This document shows, piece after piece, positions 32,899-44,456 of a stretch of 64,000 nt of DNA. The stretch lies in the NCBI GenBank assembly GCA_002104905.1, contig MCFE01000172.1, forward strand, positions 62,001 through 126,000, in the 5' to 3' direction. Position 1 is the stretch's first letter; each line of letters starts with the position of its first letter. A program made the position numbers and the translations under genes. This DNA comes from Basidiobolus meristosporus CBS 931.73 (taxonomy: Eukaryota > Fungi > Basidiobolomycota). The notes under the pieces are model-generated. The model was not told where the DNA came from. It made no database searches and saw only the letters and a list, made by a program, of their open reading frames with translations.

Positions 32899-34036
32899 CT
32901 AGCATCCTACAGTATCGTAACTACCCAGGTCATATTTTGTGTCCCACTGAGGGGCCTTTCCACCCACCGAGAACTCAAGATCCTCCTTAGTGATTGAATC
33001 CCAATATTTGTAGACCATCATCACCGACACAAGGGTACACAAGACACCAAAGAACATCCCGTCGATATAATGGGCCGCATGTGCACATATATCTTCAGAG
33101 AAGAAATACAGTATAGCCTGGCCAATCACGAAAAACAGCATGGCAAAGAGTATATCACCCAGAGGCCAGCGATCGTCAAGAGTCTTGAGCACAAGAATAA
33201 GCTGAAGGACAAAATAGATGAAGACTCCGGCACCATTGAATACGAAGTAGAAGATCCATAGCACCAACGGGTTGGTAGGACTAAGGAAGCCAACCAAGTT
33301 TTTGAAAGTGCCAATCGCAATGAAGTAGGTTAAGGCAAAAACTGCCAACGAGGACAACCGAATCCCCTGGAGAACGATGATTAGGAATGATGGTCAAACT
33401 TTAAGACATAATCATTGCCTACCCATAGCGAAAGTGGTGTGCCATCCTCGAAGATCTGAAAACTGACCAGGCCATTAAACAGCAGACACCAGACTGAAGC
33501 ACTCAGTAGACCAACATGGGCCGCCACAAACCACTAATGGAGTAGAAGGATTAGTGATGTTTGAACAAGAGTAGACAGATGGGTAAACCTACAGGCTGCA
33601 GGGCGGATGAGGAAGGGATGATACCAGATACTACCACCGCCTCAATGATTGTAGTGAGTACATATAGAATGAAAAACGTGACCATCTCCTTGCGACCTGT
33701 TGAAAAATAGGGGATTAACAAGTATCTAACCGCGAGCACTCCATGTCATCTTACCAACAGCTGTATATTTAGTCTTGATGTGGTAAATCATAATAATGCT
33801 CATCATCAGCACGATGATATACACAATCAATACAGCTAGTGTAGAGTGTTTATGAGCGATGGCAGTATCAAGCTACCCGGAGTATCAGACATACCAGATT
33901 CGAAGAAAAGTTTCCCAGCAAACTCAAAGTTACGTGCGTAGCAACGTGGCTCTATCCCCATCCCGTCAGCACCCAACAAGGAACACACAGTTAGTGGCAC
34001 CTCACGACAAGCATCGTCGAAACTTCCGAACTTCAT
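32899..34036 (-). CDS. CHS7: Chitin synthase export chaperone Chs7, copy B, 5 exons
   Basis: MKFGSFDDAC...GIEPRCYARN, KYTAV|GRKEM, FQIFEDGTPLSLW, DDRWPLGDI and [17 protein letters not shown]. Confidence 0.95.
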
Positions 34037-35346
34037 ATTCAGACTGAAGTGTAGGGTAAAAGAATTATGTGAGAGATCCAACTGAGGCGAAGTATCGTTA
34101 GAAAAGAATCAATGGAGAGGAGGGCAGTCACTAGTTCTCTATGTGCAGGGTGTCTGGAGATCTTTATATACTAAGCCGATGGCTTGGCCACCTCAAGGCC
34201 ATTTCCAATTCCAGATAGAAGGCGGGTTTTTGTAACATAAACTAACAATTCGCCCAATGGTAATAGCTCTCCTCGTAAATCAAAAACACCAACTCCCTCC
34301 ACAATCACGGTATTTTTAACATTGGCGAGGCCTTCTATCTGAATATCCATGCATATCTAAGAATACTTGATTCATAGCCCGCCCTTTGTTCCCCGAATAT
34401 TATGGATTGAAACGCTCGAGTGGGGACATTCCCAGTATAGAAGGTAAACGAATCGCTGATCAACCTGAATCAAGGAATCCTATGCTCCGCTTTTAATGAA
34501 GAATGTCGGTGACGCGTGCTGTCTGAATCATAGCACACCACCGCTTTGCTACAACCATCGTCCACCACCCATGCCCATCAGTGCAGGCTACTTCGAGAGC
34601 ACACCTAGTAGTACGACTAGAGCTTCAAAGCTGCCTGTCCTGGAGATTGTTGGGTAAACGTGGACTGACTGAATAGCAAGTAGTTTATCGGATTTGAAAT
34701 GGGCTTGGAAATGCCTTAGAGGTATTAAGTTGTAAACACCCTACGAGTGTGATTGGGCCGCTATAAATAGTTGGGCAAATTATTGGGGTGTCTGGAAAAT
34801 GGGCTAGAGGAGGGTCAACTGTGCATTGGCAGCTACTGATCCAGAGTTCTCGATAGAGAGAAGAAACCAAACCAATATCAACTGAAAGAAATACTGTTGG
34901 ACCCAGATGGATCTTATCTCAGCTATAAGATACCGGAATGAGTCTCCGCCTCAGTCAACAGCACGGTGCGAAATGGAATAGCTGGCTTCTCGAAAGTGCG
35001 TGCGTAAAGAAATGATGCCAATGTTGGATCATTAGTTAAGCTGGTTCAGCATGGTCAAGAATGAAAGTTGTGAAATCCCAACTTTGCATACAATTTAATC
35101 AACAAACGTGACCGTGTATTTATGTCGGCTCATGTGAACAGCTGTGAAACCTCATTAGCAAATACCTACTGATGATCTAGGATCCTCCGATAAATCTCTA
35201 GCAGTTGGTGTATCCTATCGGGGCTAATGGGAAAGGGAAACCCACCTCGAACGAGATCAAATTTACCAAATTGATCCATGGAGGTCTCACGATATTGCTT
35301 ATTTAATTGCTAATCGGGTATGAGCACACTCATTTTCACTTGTAAT

Positions 35347-36093
35347 ATGTCTGCTACGCCTACACGCAACATCGCCAAAATCTGCCCAAGCTCCACTGCA
35401 TTCTTTGTATGCGATATCCAGGAGCGCTTCCGTAGCTTTATTCACGCTTATCCCAACGTGATCTCTACTGCCCAGAAGATGGTGATATTCCTTCTGCATC
35501 CATATGCTTATGCACTTTTTACTCATTCATTCCTTGCCAGATTACTGCCGCAAATCACCTCGATATCCCGATCATCGTAACTGAGCAGAACCCAAAAGCC
35601 CTGGGAAAAACTGTACAAGAGCTAGACATCTCCAAAGCCAAATGTAACCTAGGAAAGTCTAAGTTCTCCATGTTTCTCCCTGAAGTTGAGACTCTCCTTA
35701 AGAATGACTTGAAGACCAAATCTGTCGTCTTGTTTGGCATCGAGGTAGGCCTGCAAGTGTCTCATTGACGAACCCCCTCCGCTGGAGTCTAACCAAATGC
35801 ACCTCAATATCTAGTCTCATATTTGCGTTCTTCAAACATGCCTGGATCTCCTTGAGCAAAATTACGAGGTGTACGTCTTGGCTGATGGCGTTTCCTCTAT
35901 GAATTACCCCGAGATCGATATTGCCCTTGCTCGTATGCAGCAAGCTGGGGCCACCATTACTACCTCTGAATCTATTCTGTTTCAGTTGGTAGGAGATGCC
36001 AAGCATCAAAAATTCAAGGGTATCTCTGGCTTAACGAAGGAGTATCAAAAAGCTACAAAAGACAACAAATTGTTATTCAAGTCCCGCATCTGA
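35347..36093 (+). CDS. Isochorismatase-family hydrolase (ISOC1/ISOC2-like), 3 exons
   Basis: [34 protein letters not shown]|SHICVLQT and VLADGVSS motifs; ends KSRI*. Confidence 0.92.
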
Positions 36094-36463
36094 GTCAGAA
36101 AACAAGCTACATCCATACAATGAATCTAGTGCCCACAATAAAGTCCTAGATCGCAACATCTTTCTACAGATGTGTATCATTGACGATTTATTTGCAATTC
36201 TTGGCTTGACAGACCACATGGTAAAATCCAGATTAATCAGCCATCTGCAACTGTGAGCTTATGGTGGGACCTCTTTCATCATCAATTAATCAAAGAATGA
36301 CTTCAACTATTAATTTCTCTATTAATACGACTTATCAAACTAATCACTGGATAGGTATACCCTCCGGTGACCAGTGACGTCACATATAGGTCAGAGGCGA
36401 ATGTCAATATAAACACGAAGTAAGTGCGATGGTAGTAGAATTCAGTTTGAACGCCAGAGTATA

Positions 36464-37303
36464 ATGGGTAATCGGGCTTTCGACGCATGCTATAACCCGG
36501 AGGAAATCAACGTTTTCGTTTCCTTCAACTTTGTAACCTTCATAAGCTATCTACTCGTGGTAGTGGTAGGCGGCACCCAAGTGTTCCTTTACCTATCCAA
36601 GAAATATCAGTGGGAGCGCCAGGACAAATCACCAGTAGGCTTCCTTCAGGACATTCAGGACGCCTTGATTTACAATGTTGTTTTGTTTCTCTTCGGGAAC
36701 TACAGTCATACATTCTCAATTTGGACTGTGCTTGCTTTCTTTGCTGGATTGATCGGCTTTGCCTTGCTTGGCGAGCTACCATTCCTTAAAGTGAGCCTTG
36801 TAACCTGGCGCACCTGGTCTCGTGAAGCATGGATGGTCCACATCGGCGGAGTTGGTATTGTGTTTATACTAGCAATATACCACTTTGTCCAGGCCTACTA
36901 TGCGGGTATTTTGAGCCTGTACTTCACTGGCCTGCTTGTAGGCCTTGGGTTGATGGTAGCAGGGCCAGCCGTCAACTGGTATGAGGAGTATCGTCGACGA
37001 GAAATCGCCTACGTCACCCCCACCATTGATCCACCGACGCAGAGTGACAAACAGGAAGTGGCAAAGCCGACAAATGGCGTAAGCTTACGAGTCACCGAAA
37101 AGGAGATCGCCAGGGTCAAATCTTGGCCAAAATATCGGGTCCATCTCCATCACTGGCAGATATTTTACCTGTTGGCGTTTTTCACCAGATTCCCTAGTGT
37201 GCTGGGCCAGATATGCTCTGGGCTTGTGCTGGGCATCTTTATGCATGGAGGCTCTGCATATGGGTTTGATCCGTTATTGGAACAAGAGGGGGTCTCTTAC
37301 TGA
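36464..37303 (+). CDS. Uncharacterised multi-pass membrane protein with an HLHHW motif, intronless
   Basis: 279-aa ATG-initiated ORF with about 6-7 hydrophobic segments and C-terminal RVHLHHWQIFYLLAFFTRF...GIFMHGGSAYGFDPL. Confidence 0.75.
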   Translation: MGNRAFDACYNPEEINVFVSFNFVTFISYLLVVVVGGTQVFLYLSKKYQWERQDKSPVGFLQDIQDALIYNVVLFLFGNYSHTFSIWTVLAFFAGLIGFALLGELPFLKVSLVTWRTWSREAWMVHIGGVGIVFILAIYHFVQAYYAGILSLYFTGLLVGLGLMVAGPAVNWYEEYRRREIAYVTPTIDPPTQSDKQEVAKPTNGVSLRVTEKEIARVKSWPKYRVHLHHWQIFYLLAFFTRFPSVLGQICSGLVLGIFMHGGSAYGFDPLLEQEGVSY

Positions 37304-38048
37304 CCCACAGCAACCCCTGCTCTTTTATCAACAATTGCATGATTTTGTGAATATGTATCTTCTCATTTCCTTCAAGCTCCCTTAGCTACACTTCTCAGAG
37401 CTCACCCTACAATGCAAGTACATACGATATCCAGATTTTACAGTAAAGTGAAGCCATTTTAGGCCGCATAGCAGCTGTTTTACCTTGATGTGTAGTCTAG
37501 TATTCCCGTGGCCAGCACGATTGCCCTGCGCCATAGCGTATTCAGTTTAGTCATCACAATAAGCGACCTTCCTAATTGAAACATCCAGCGCTGCATCTAC
37601 TCGAATTGTTTTGATTGAATAAGGAGTAATGGTATGGTAGCAGTTCCTTCTCATCACCCTCGCATGACTCGCCACTGTATAATACCATGATTATTGAAGA
37701 AATTTCGCGTGAGAAAATGGAGTTCTGTCAATAATTCATGAGATTCTTGAACACAAACGTAAAACTGTTTCTAATCACATGTGATTATCATCTACTAGCC
37801 TCGTTGTCACGCATAAACATGTGCTTTCTCCTATTATTTATAAAACTATTCATCAACCTTCGAATGTCAGGTGATGTTGACAAATGAGCCGTTCAGAGCT
37901 CATGAGCAATCACCTCAATGATTGGCATGCGGCTAGTCACACAGATCATTTGGGAGTGACTACTGCTCCAACTATTTTGAAGGATCAGTGACTGGAATAT
38001 GGCTTATTTAATGTGGATTCAACTCTAAGCATCCTGTATCTTCCAACA

Positions 38049-40376
38049 ATGAGCAACCCATCATCATCAGCCTTTTCTCAGCATACCTCCAAGTTCCCTA
38101 AAGCTTCTTTTGATCTAGAGGAACTGAATACCATCCTGGAACCTGACAATCGCAACAACCGTAAGGCGTTGAAGAAGTTCATGATTGACAACCTAAAGCT
38201 CTATACCCCTCAATATGATATATCACTTGAACAAGAGCGTGAGTTGGCTTTTCAACGCCTAAAGCGTATTGGAGAGAAGGGTTTCATATCCGTATTCGAC
38301 TTTGAGAGGAACCCTCTGAATGTGTTTGCTGGTATATATAGTCCCTGAATCAGTAGGCAGGTTCCTCACTAATCGCTCTATGTATTGAATAGTACACGAA
38401 GTTGTTGGCTTAATAGACGGAGGAACCGCCACCAAGCTCACCGTCAACTATAACTTGGTAAGCAGCCGCATGACATTGTCGCACGAATGTGGCTAACCGG
38501 ATTTCGTGACCGACCTTTGGTTTTAGTTTGGAGGTACCCTTCTTAAACTCGGAACTGAGAGACACCGCTATTTGATCCCCAAAATCGACACTTTGGATTC
38601 CACCGGTTGCTTTGGCCTTACTGAGCTTGGCTATGGCAACAACGCCATCGAGATGGAAACCACCGCCACGTATGACAATAGCACTCAAGAGTTTGTCATT
38701 CACAGTCCTTCCACCAAGAGTCAGAAATTCTGGATTACCAATGGGGCAGTGCATGCCAAGTATTGCATTGTATTTGCCCAGCTTACTGTGAACAACAAGG
38801 CGGAAGGTAAGACAGGGTGCTGCATTTTACTATTGGATGCACAGGCTGATCCAGTAGATTTTAGGCATCCACTCGTTCCTGGTTCGTATTCGAAACGATG
38901 ACTCAAGCGTGTGCCCAGGCGTCACCATCCGTGATATGGGGCGCAAACAGGAGTTGGATGGAGTAGACAACGCGTTGCTCTCTTTTGATCATGTCAGGTA
39001 AGGGATTGACTAGTGCGCTACAAAGGCATTTCTGCCCACTGACTAGTTTGGCGACAGGATCCCTCGAGAGAATCTATTGAACAGACATTCGGACGTGTCA
39101 GCAGATGGCGTATTTACTTCGAAAATTGAAGGCCGCAGAAAGTGAGTACTCGATTTACATGAACCACAGCAATTGAGCCATCCCTTACCCTTACCCTCAC
39201 AGTCGTTTCATCAAGGTTGCCGACCAACTTCTCAGCGGCCGTCTCTGTATCGCTGCCATGAATCTGTCCAGTGCGAAGGTTGCCTTGAATATTGCTTTCC
39301 GATATGCCGCCACCAGACTCACCGTTGGCCCTTCGGGTAAATCGGATACCCCCATCTTGGCTTACCAACTCCAACAACGAGCACTAGTGCCACTACTCGC
39401 TAGAGCCATCGGCTTGAATATCGGTTTGACCTATGTCAAGAACATGTGGATGAATCCTGATACTTCTCACGCGGAGGTGGTTCGTCTATGCTGTGTTATC
39501 AAGCCATTGATCACTTGGCACAGTGAGCGTGTCGGTAGCGTGTGTCGTGAGAGATGTGGTGGCCAAGGTTACCTGAAGGCTTCCAGATTCTCGTCAACTA
39601 TTGGCTTCGCTCATGCGGTAGGAACTCTCCAATCCAGTTCAAGTGACTTTTCAAACTAACGCTTCCTTGTAGGGCATCACTGCCGAGGGAGATAACTCGG
39701 TGTTGATGCAGAAGGTGGCCAAAGAGTTACTTGATGCGGTCCGAACCAAGAGTGCCAACCTATCGGCCATCGTGAACCGTAACAAACCCAGTACCTGGAA
39801 GCTAGACTCGCTTAGTGATTTGACCGACTTCATCCGACTCCGGTCGGACCTGTTGATCAAGGAGTTGAGCCAGAAGATGGCGACTAAGGTAGGAAAGGGC
39901 AAGACCATCTTCGAGGTGTGGATGCTCCAAGAATCTGACCTGATCCAAGCAACCTCGCGTGCATATGGTGAACGGGTCTGCATGGACCAATTCATGCAGA
40001 CGATCGATAAATCCAAGGGATCTCTCAGGTTTGTAACCCACCCCCCGTTTTCAATCTCACCCTTACATTTTTGCTCATTCCTACTTGTTGATACAGAAAC
40101 ATCCTGACCGACATCGCCTTCGTCTTCGCATTGGACATGATCGAGAGTAACCTTGGTTGGTACATCATCAATCAAGTGTTCAGCCCATCCCTTGGTGAAC
40201 GTGTTATCGAGCTCAACAAGGAGAAGATCGCCAAGCTGGCGCCACAAGCATTGAATGTGGTGAGCGCCTTCGATATCCCCCAGGAATTAGTGTTCGCGCC
40301 CATCGCCCTGGACTGGGAACGATTCAACGAATACGATAACAAAGGGGAAGTGACCCAATTCCAGTCCAAGTTGTAG
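38049..40376 (+). CDS. Peroxisomal acyl-CoA oxidase, multi-exon
   Basis: [37 protein letters not shown] and [12 protein letters not shown] (catalytic Glu); C-terminal SKL (PTS1). Confidence 0.95.
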
Positions 40377-40501
40377 GGACCGGAAGGTGAGGAAGATGAT
40401 GAATGCACAAACAACCTGAGTGTTTAATAAGCTTGCTCTCCGGAGTCACATGTATTTAATATGACGCAAACGAAATAAACTCAGTACAAATAGATTGGAG
40501 G

Positions 40502-40927
40502 TTAGGGGACGCTCAGTCCCATCAGTCTATCATAGACCCGGTCGTACTTAGCGTCGAATTTTGTCTTCATCCTAACATAGTACCGCTTGTCCGAGGCCAC
40601 CACTCGGTAGAAGGAACCACCCTGGTCACCGGCCAGCAGGGTGGTCTGTGCATTTACCCAGATCTTCTCCCTGCTACGAACTGTTACGTAGATGGAGCGC
40701 ATTTTCTGGAAGGTCGCGATGAGTTGGGTGGTTCCCCGGATCTGACCTGTATTGAGCACTTGCTGGATGGCGTTTAGGTCGGAGGTCTTGTTAGCGACCG
40801 CGCTCTTCAACATCTCGAACTGCTCGTGGTAGGTGGTGATAGCATTGTCCTGAGACCTGACAAGGACCAACCCAATCACCAACAACAACACTGCGAGGAA
40901 AAGGTTCTTACAACGGCAGATGTACAT
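40502..40927 (-). CDS. Small predicted secreted protein, orphan, intronless, 141 aa
   Basis: N-terminal hydrophobic signal (NLFLAVLLLVIGLVLVRS|QD), clean ATG-to-stop frame with visibly GC-rich codon third positions; no family recognised. Confidence 0.65.
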   Translation of the reverse strand: MYICRCKNLFLAVLLLVIGLVLVRSQDNAITTYHEQFEMLKSAVANKTSDLNAIQQVLNTGQIRGTTQLIATFQKMRSIYVTVRSREKIWVNAQTTLLAGDQGGSFYRVVASDKRYYVRMKTKFDAKYDRVYDRLMGLSVP

Positions 40928-42664
40928 TTATAAATGGACCCCACTTCGGAGGGCTTCCCTTTAAATAGGATCTTCCCTTGAGGTTGTCAATCCGCGGACC
41001 AACCAGATCCTAGAGCTCCATTCAGAGCAATTGGTATATATATCTCCCTATGCCAATGGGCGAGTGGAGACGTCACCTATATCTGGGAATACGCCAGCTT
41101 TACTCCGTCCCAGGAGCGGGTCGGCATTGCCTCGCACATCAATCCCTCCTAGGGCTTCACTATCTGGCGCAGGGGAGGGGGAGGTGAGCAGGACTTAGAT
41201 TTGAGAAAAGTGGGTGCCAACTGAGGTCTGGCTGTTCCACACGAGAAACGGCCTGTATGTGAATTGGGCCAAGCTTGCTTGGGCACCAATGAGATTCATG
41301 TCCTAGTGCGACCCCAATGTCCTGACCGGTTGAATGTAGATCCCTGGGTAAGCTTTACCGGATGAAAGTTGCAATAATCACGGTTGTCGAAGGGATCGTC
41401 CATTCGCCATCGATTTCGCTTGTGGAAGGTTTTCGGCGTAGGGCTATTGGCTTCCAAGTCCAAGATGCTGTTCCCAGAAAGGAAGGTTGACCCGGATTCG
41501 AGCCAAGTCATCTTCACATGGTAGGCCTCTTGGGAGAACCCGACGTGACGCCAGTTTCAGTAAAGTGAACTTGACAACTTCTGCTAATGATACTCCCACT
41601 CCCTCAAGTAGTCAGGTCTAGTACCCCCTTTGGGGGCTTCATGCTGGACAGGGGACAAGTACGAACTTTATCATACCAGAGGCTAGTTAGCTCTATCATG
41701 CTAATGCTACAGAGTCGTTGCAGCTCTAGCCTCCGGATTAGAGGTGGGGCTGGCTATCTGCTCCTCATTCCCTAACCAATTGAGTGACTTTTGTCTGCGT
41801 TTGGTCATTGGCAGTAATTACGATGATGGCTACATCCCAATGAAGAGCGAGTGTGCAAAGCTAGCATGCGCGTTCCAAGGTATCTCGTATCTGCAACAAT
41901 TAGCCGTGTTGGCCTCCCAATCCGAGGCTAAAGTGGTAGATTGATCCATGAAGGTGTTGCCTGATTTGGTAGATCTTCAGGTTACCACCACGCTGCCACT
42001 AATTACTTCTATCTCAACTCCTATTATCTAAAAGTGAAAATACACATTTTACTGCCATCGCCAAGTCACCTCTAGCACCTTATATTTTGGCATAAATGGG
42101 GAATTCGTGTTTCAATGCTCGAAAGCAGAGCTCAATGGACCTGAAAAGCCTAGAATGGGCTAGGGGGCGCTTACCTGAAGACGTCCTCGACAAAAAGTTA
42201 TTTCTCAAAAGAATGTAGGGTAAAAATGCCGAAAAACTGAACTGTGGACTCACCGATAATTAACGAGTGGGCCTAAACATCAATACATTAAGGAAATATA
42301 GTATTATGGCACTTGGGGATCTCAGGGCTCTCAGTTGGTATACCTTAGTAAAAAGTGAAGTTAAGAGATGTAAATTCGGGGTACTTTGTTTACAACAAAA
42401 GTGCCCTTAGGGTAACCCTACCATTGGCAACTAGTTAACCCAATGAAGTTTAATGATACCGCCAATGTGAATTATGCAGTACTAAACATAGTCACATACT
42501 TCAAACAAACCGAGACGTCCTTAACCATCTACATCACACCATCCATATATAAGGTACTGTCCACTACTCCACATGATTCCCAGTTTTAAAAGATGCATAA
42601 CAGTATTGCGCCCTTGTGCTACCTGATTTTACACTTGACCACGCTCTGCCATGATGTAGAGTCG

Positions 42665-43758
42665 ATGGCAGGTTCAGTATCGCCTAGCTCCTTTCATCAT
42701 CGGTATGATCGAGTGAACGGGATAAGATACCGTAAGTAGATTCACTTTCTCCATGACAGCCCTCAATAACATTTGGCTTGCTAGACTACGTGGACGAGGG
42801 GCCAAAGCATGGACCCACTGTCCTATTGATGCACGGTTTCCCCGATGTAAGTAGGGATTTCTCAACGGCCAGTCAACTAACCACGACTAACCGTGGAATC
42901 TAGCTTTGGTACGGGTGGAGACACCAGATCAAATTTCTGGCAGGGCAAGGGTATCGCGTGATTTGCCCTGACTTGCGTGGCTACGGTCAAACAGATTCCC
43001 CACACAGTCCGCCTATCGATATTCGTACCTACGGTGTGAAGAGTGTGGCTGACGATATGCTCAAGATACTCGACAGGAATCATGTGGACAAGTTCGTGGT
43101 AATTGGTCACGACTGGGGTGGCTATCTCGCCTGGCGACTCTCTCTGTTCTACCCATCGAGACTATTGGGTGTTGGTAGCTTCTCGACCCCTTACTTCCCG
43201 GCGACAAAGGGGTTCGAGCCGCTTGAGACCATCGTCAAGAAAATGCCTAGTTTGAGTTACCAACTGGTGTTCAGAAAGCCTGAGAGTGACCAGTACTTCG
43301 ATGACCATGCGGAGCTAATTCTTCGCGGCTTCTACCAGCGGAACAGACCTCAGGACGATGTAGTGGGATTTATGAAGCATATTCATATGCTCCCACCGGA
43401 TGCGAAGAATGTTCAGCCAAGCCCATCGAACTTCACAACCGAGGCAGATATCAAATACTATATTGATCAGTATACTAGGCGTGGATTCCACGGCGGACTC
43501 AACTACTACCGTACCACTCAAGTGAATTGGGAAGATACGAGAGAATTGTCGAGTAAAATCAATATTCCTGCTTTGATGGTCACCTCTGGTCACGATCCAG
43601 TACTGCCTCAGCAACTAACTGCTCATATGCCCCAATTTATCCCACATCTGACCCAAAGACACATACAGAACAGTTCGCATTGGATTCTCTTGGAACAACC
43701 CGATCTGGCCAACTTGTATATCGCCGAATTTCTTGAAAGTCTACCCCTCAAGACATAA
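42665..43758 (+). CDS. Soluble epoxide hydrolase-like alpha/beta hydrolase, 3 exons
   Basis: LLMHGFPD|LWYGWRHQI, PDLRGYG, nucleophile GHDWG, lid tyrosines (SYQL, LNYYR) and the catalytic His in SHW. Confidence 0.93.
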
Positions 43759-43959
43759 AAGGCAATACAATGGATAGCTTTTTAGAGTATCTACCTGAAA
43801 TAAAGCACCTTAACCGAGGTTGAACAGCGATGAGAATAGTATTCAACACTCGTAAATAACGCTTGTGCTATTGTATCAGCCAAGAGGGTTTTCAGGGTCC
43901 AACAGCTGAAGTGGAATACTAAAGTAGGACGCCACCCTAGACACCCAGATGATACACCT

Positions 43960-44240
43960 AGATCGGATCTGTCAAATGATGGATCATATTACTTTAACCC
44001 CTTCCCATGACACGGCAATAGGAGCAACTTCAAAGAAACCAATATTGATGAGATATGCCATATATATACAGTGGGAAAGGGTATCCCAAGAACAATGGTA
44101 ACTATGCTTTAATTTTGGAATTACTTGTATGGTTAAGGCCCAATCGAGATGGCATCTGAAATACCATCCGCCTTCGGTACCTCTGAATGTAGCTAGCTTT
44201 CTGCATGCCGCGGTGAGTGAAGAAGTACGTGGAATCATTA
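43960..44240 (+). mobile_element. Decayed Ty3/gypsy integrase core fragment
   Basis: Frameshifted reading DRICQMMDHITLTPSHDTA / IDEICHIY..GIPRTMVT / FWNYL...MAS.(K)YHP..GTSE follows the gypsy integrase motif order (DR.SK.AHF; EI..LHG.P..IVSD; FW..L; ST.YHP...G..E). Confidence 0.5.
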
Positions 44241-44456
44241 AAACTACAAGGTTTTTTACGTTGTACTAGCAGTACGGCCTTTAGATTCGTCCACTTTTGC
44301 TGGTGATGCTGTAGATGGACCTGGAGTAGAATGTAATAAAATAGACCGTGTTCGAGTATACGTTTGAGCCGGCTTCAACAAAATTCATGTGGTTTAGGTA
44401 TATTTTGATTTATGGTTCGAGCACGTGTCTTCTGTAGAACGACCACACAGCAGCAG

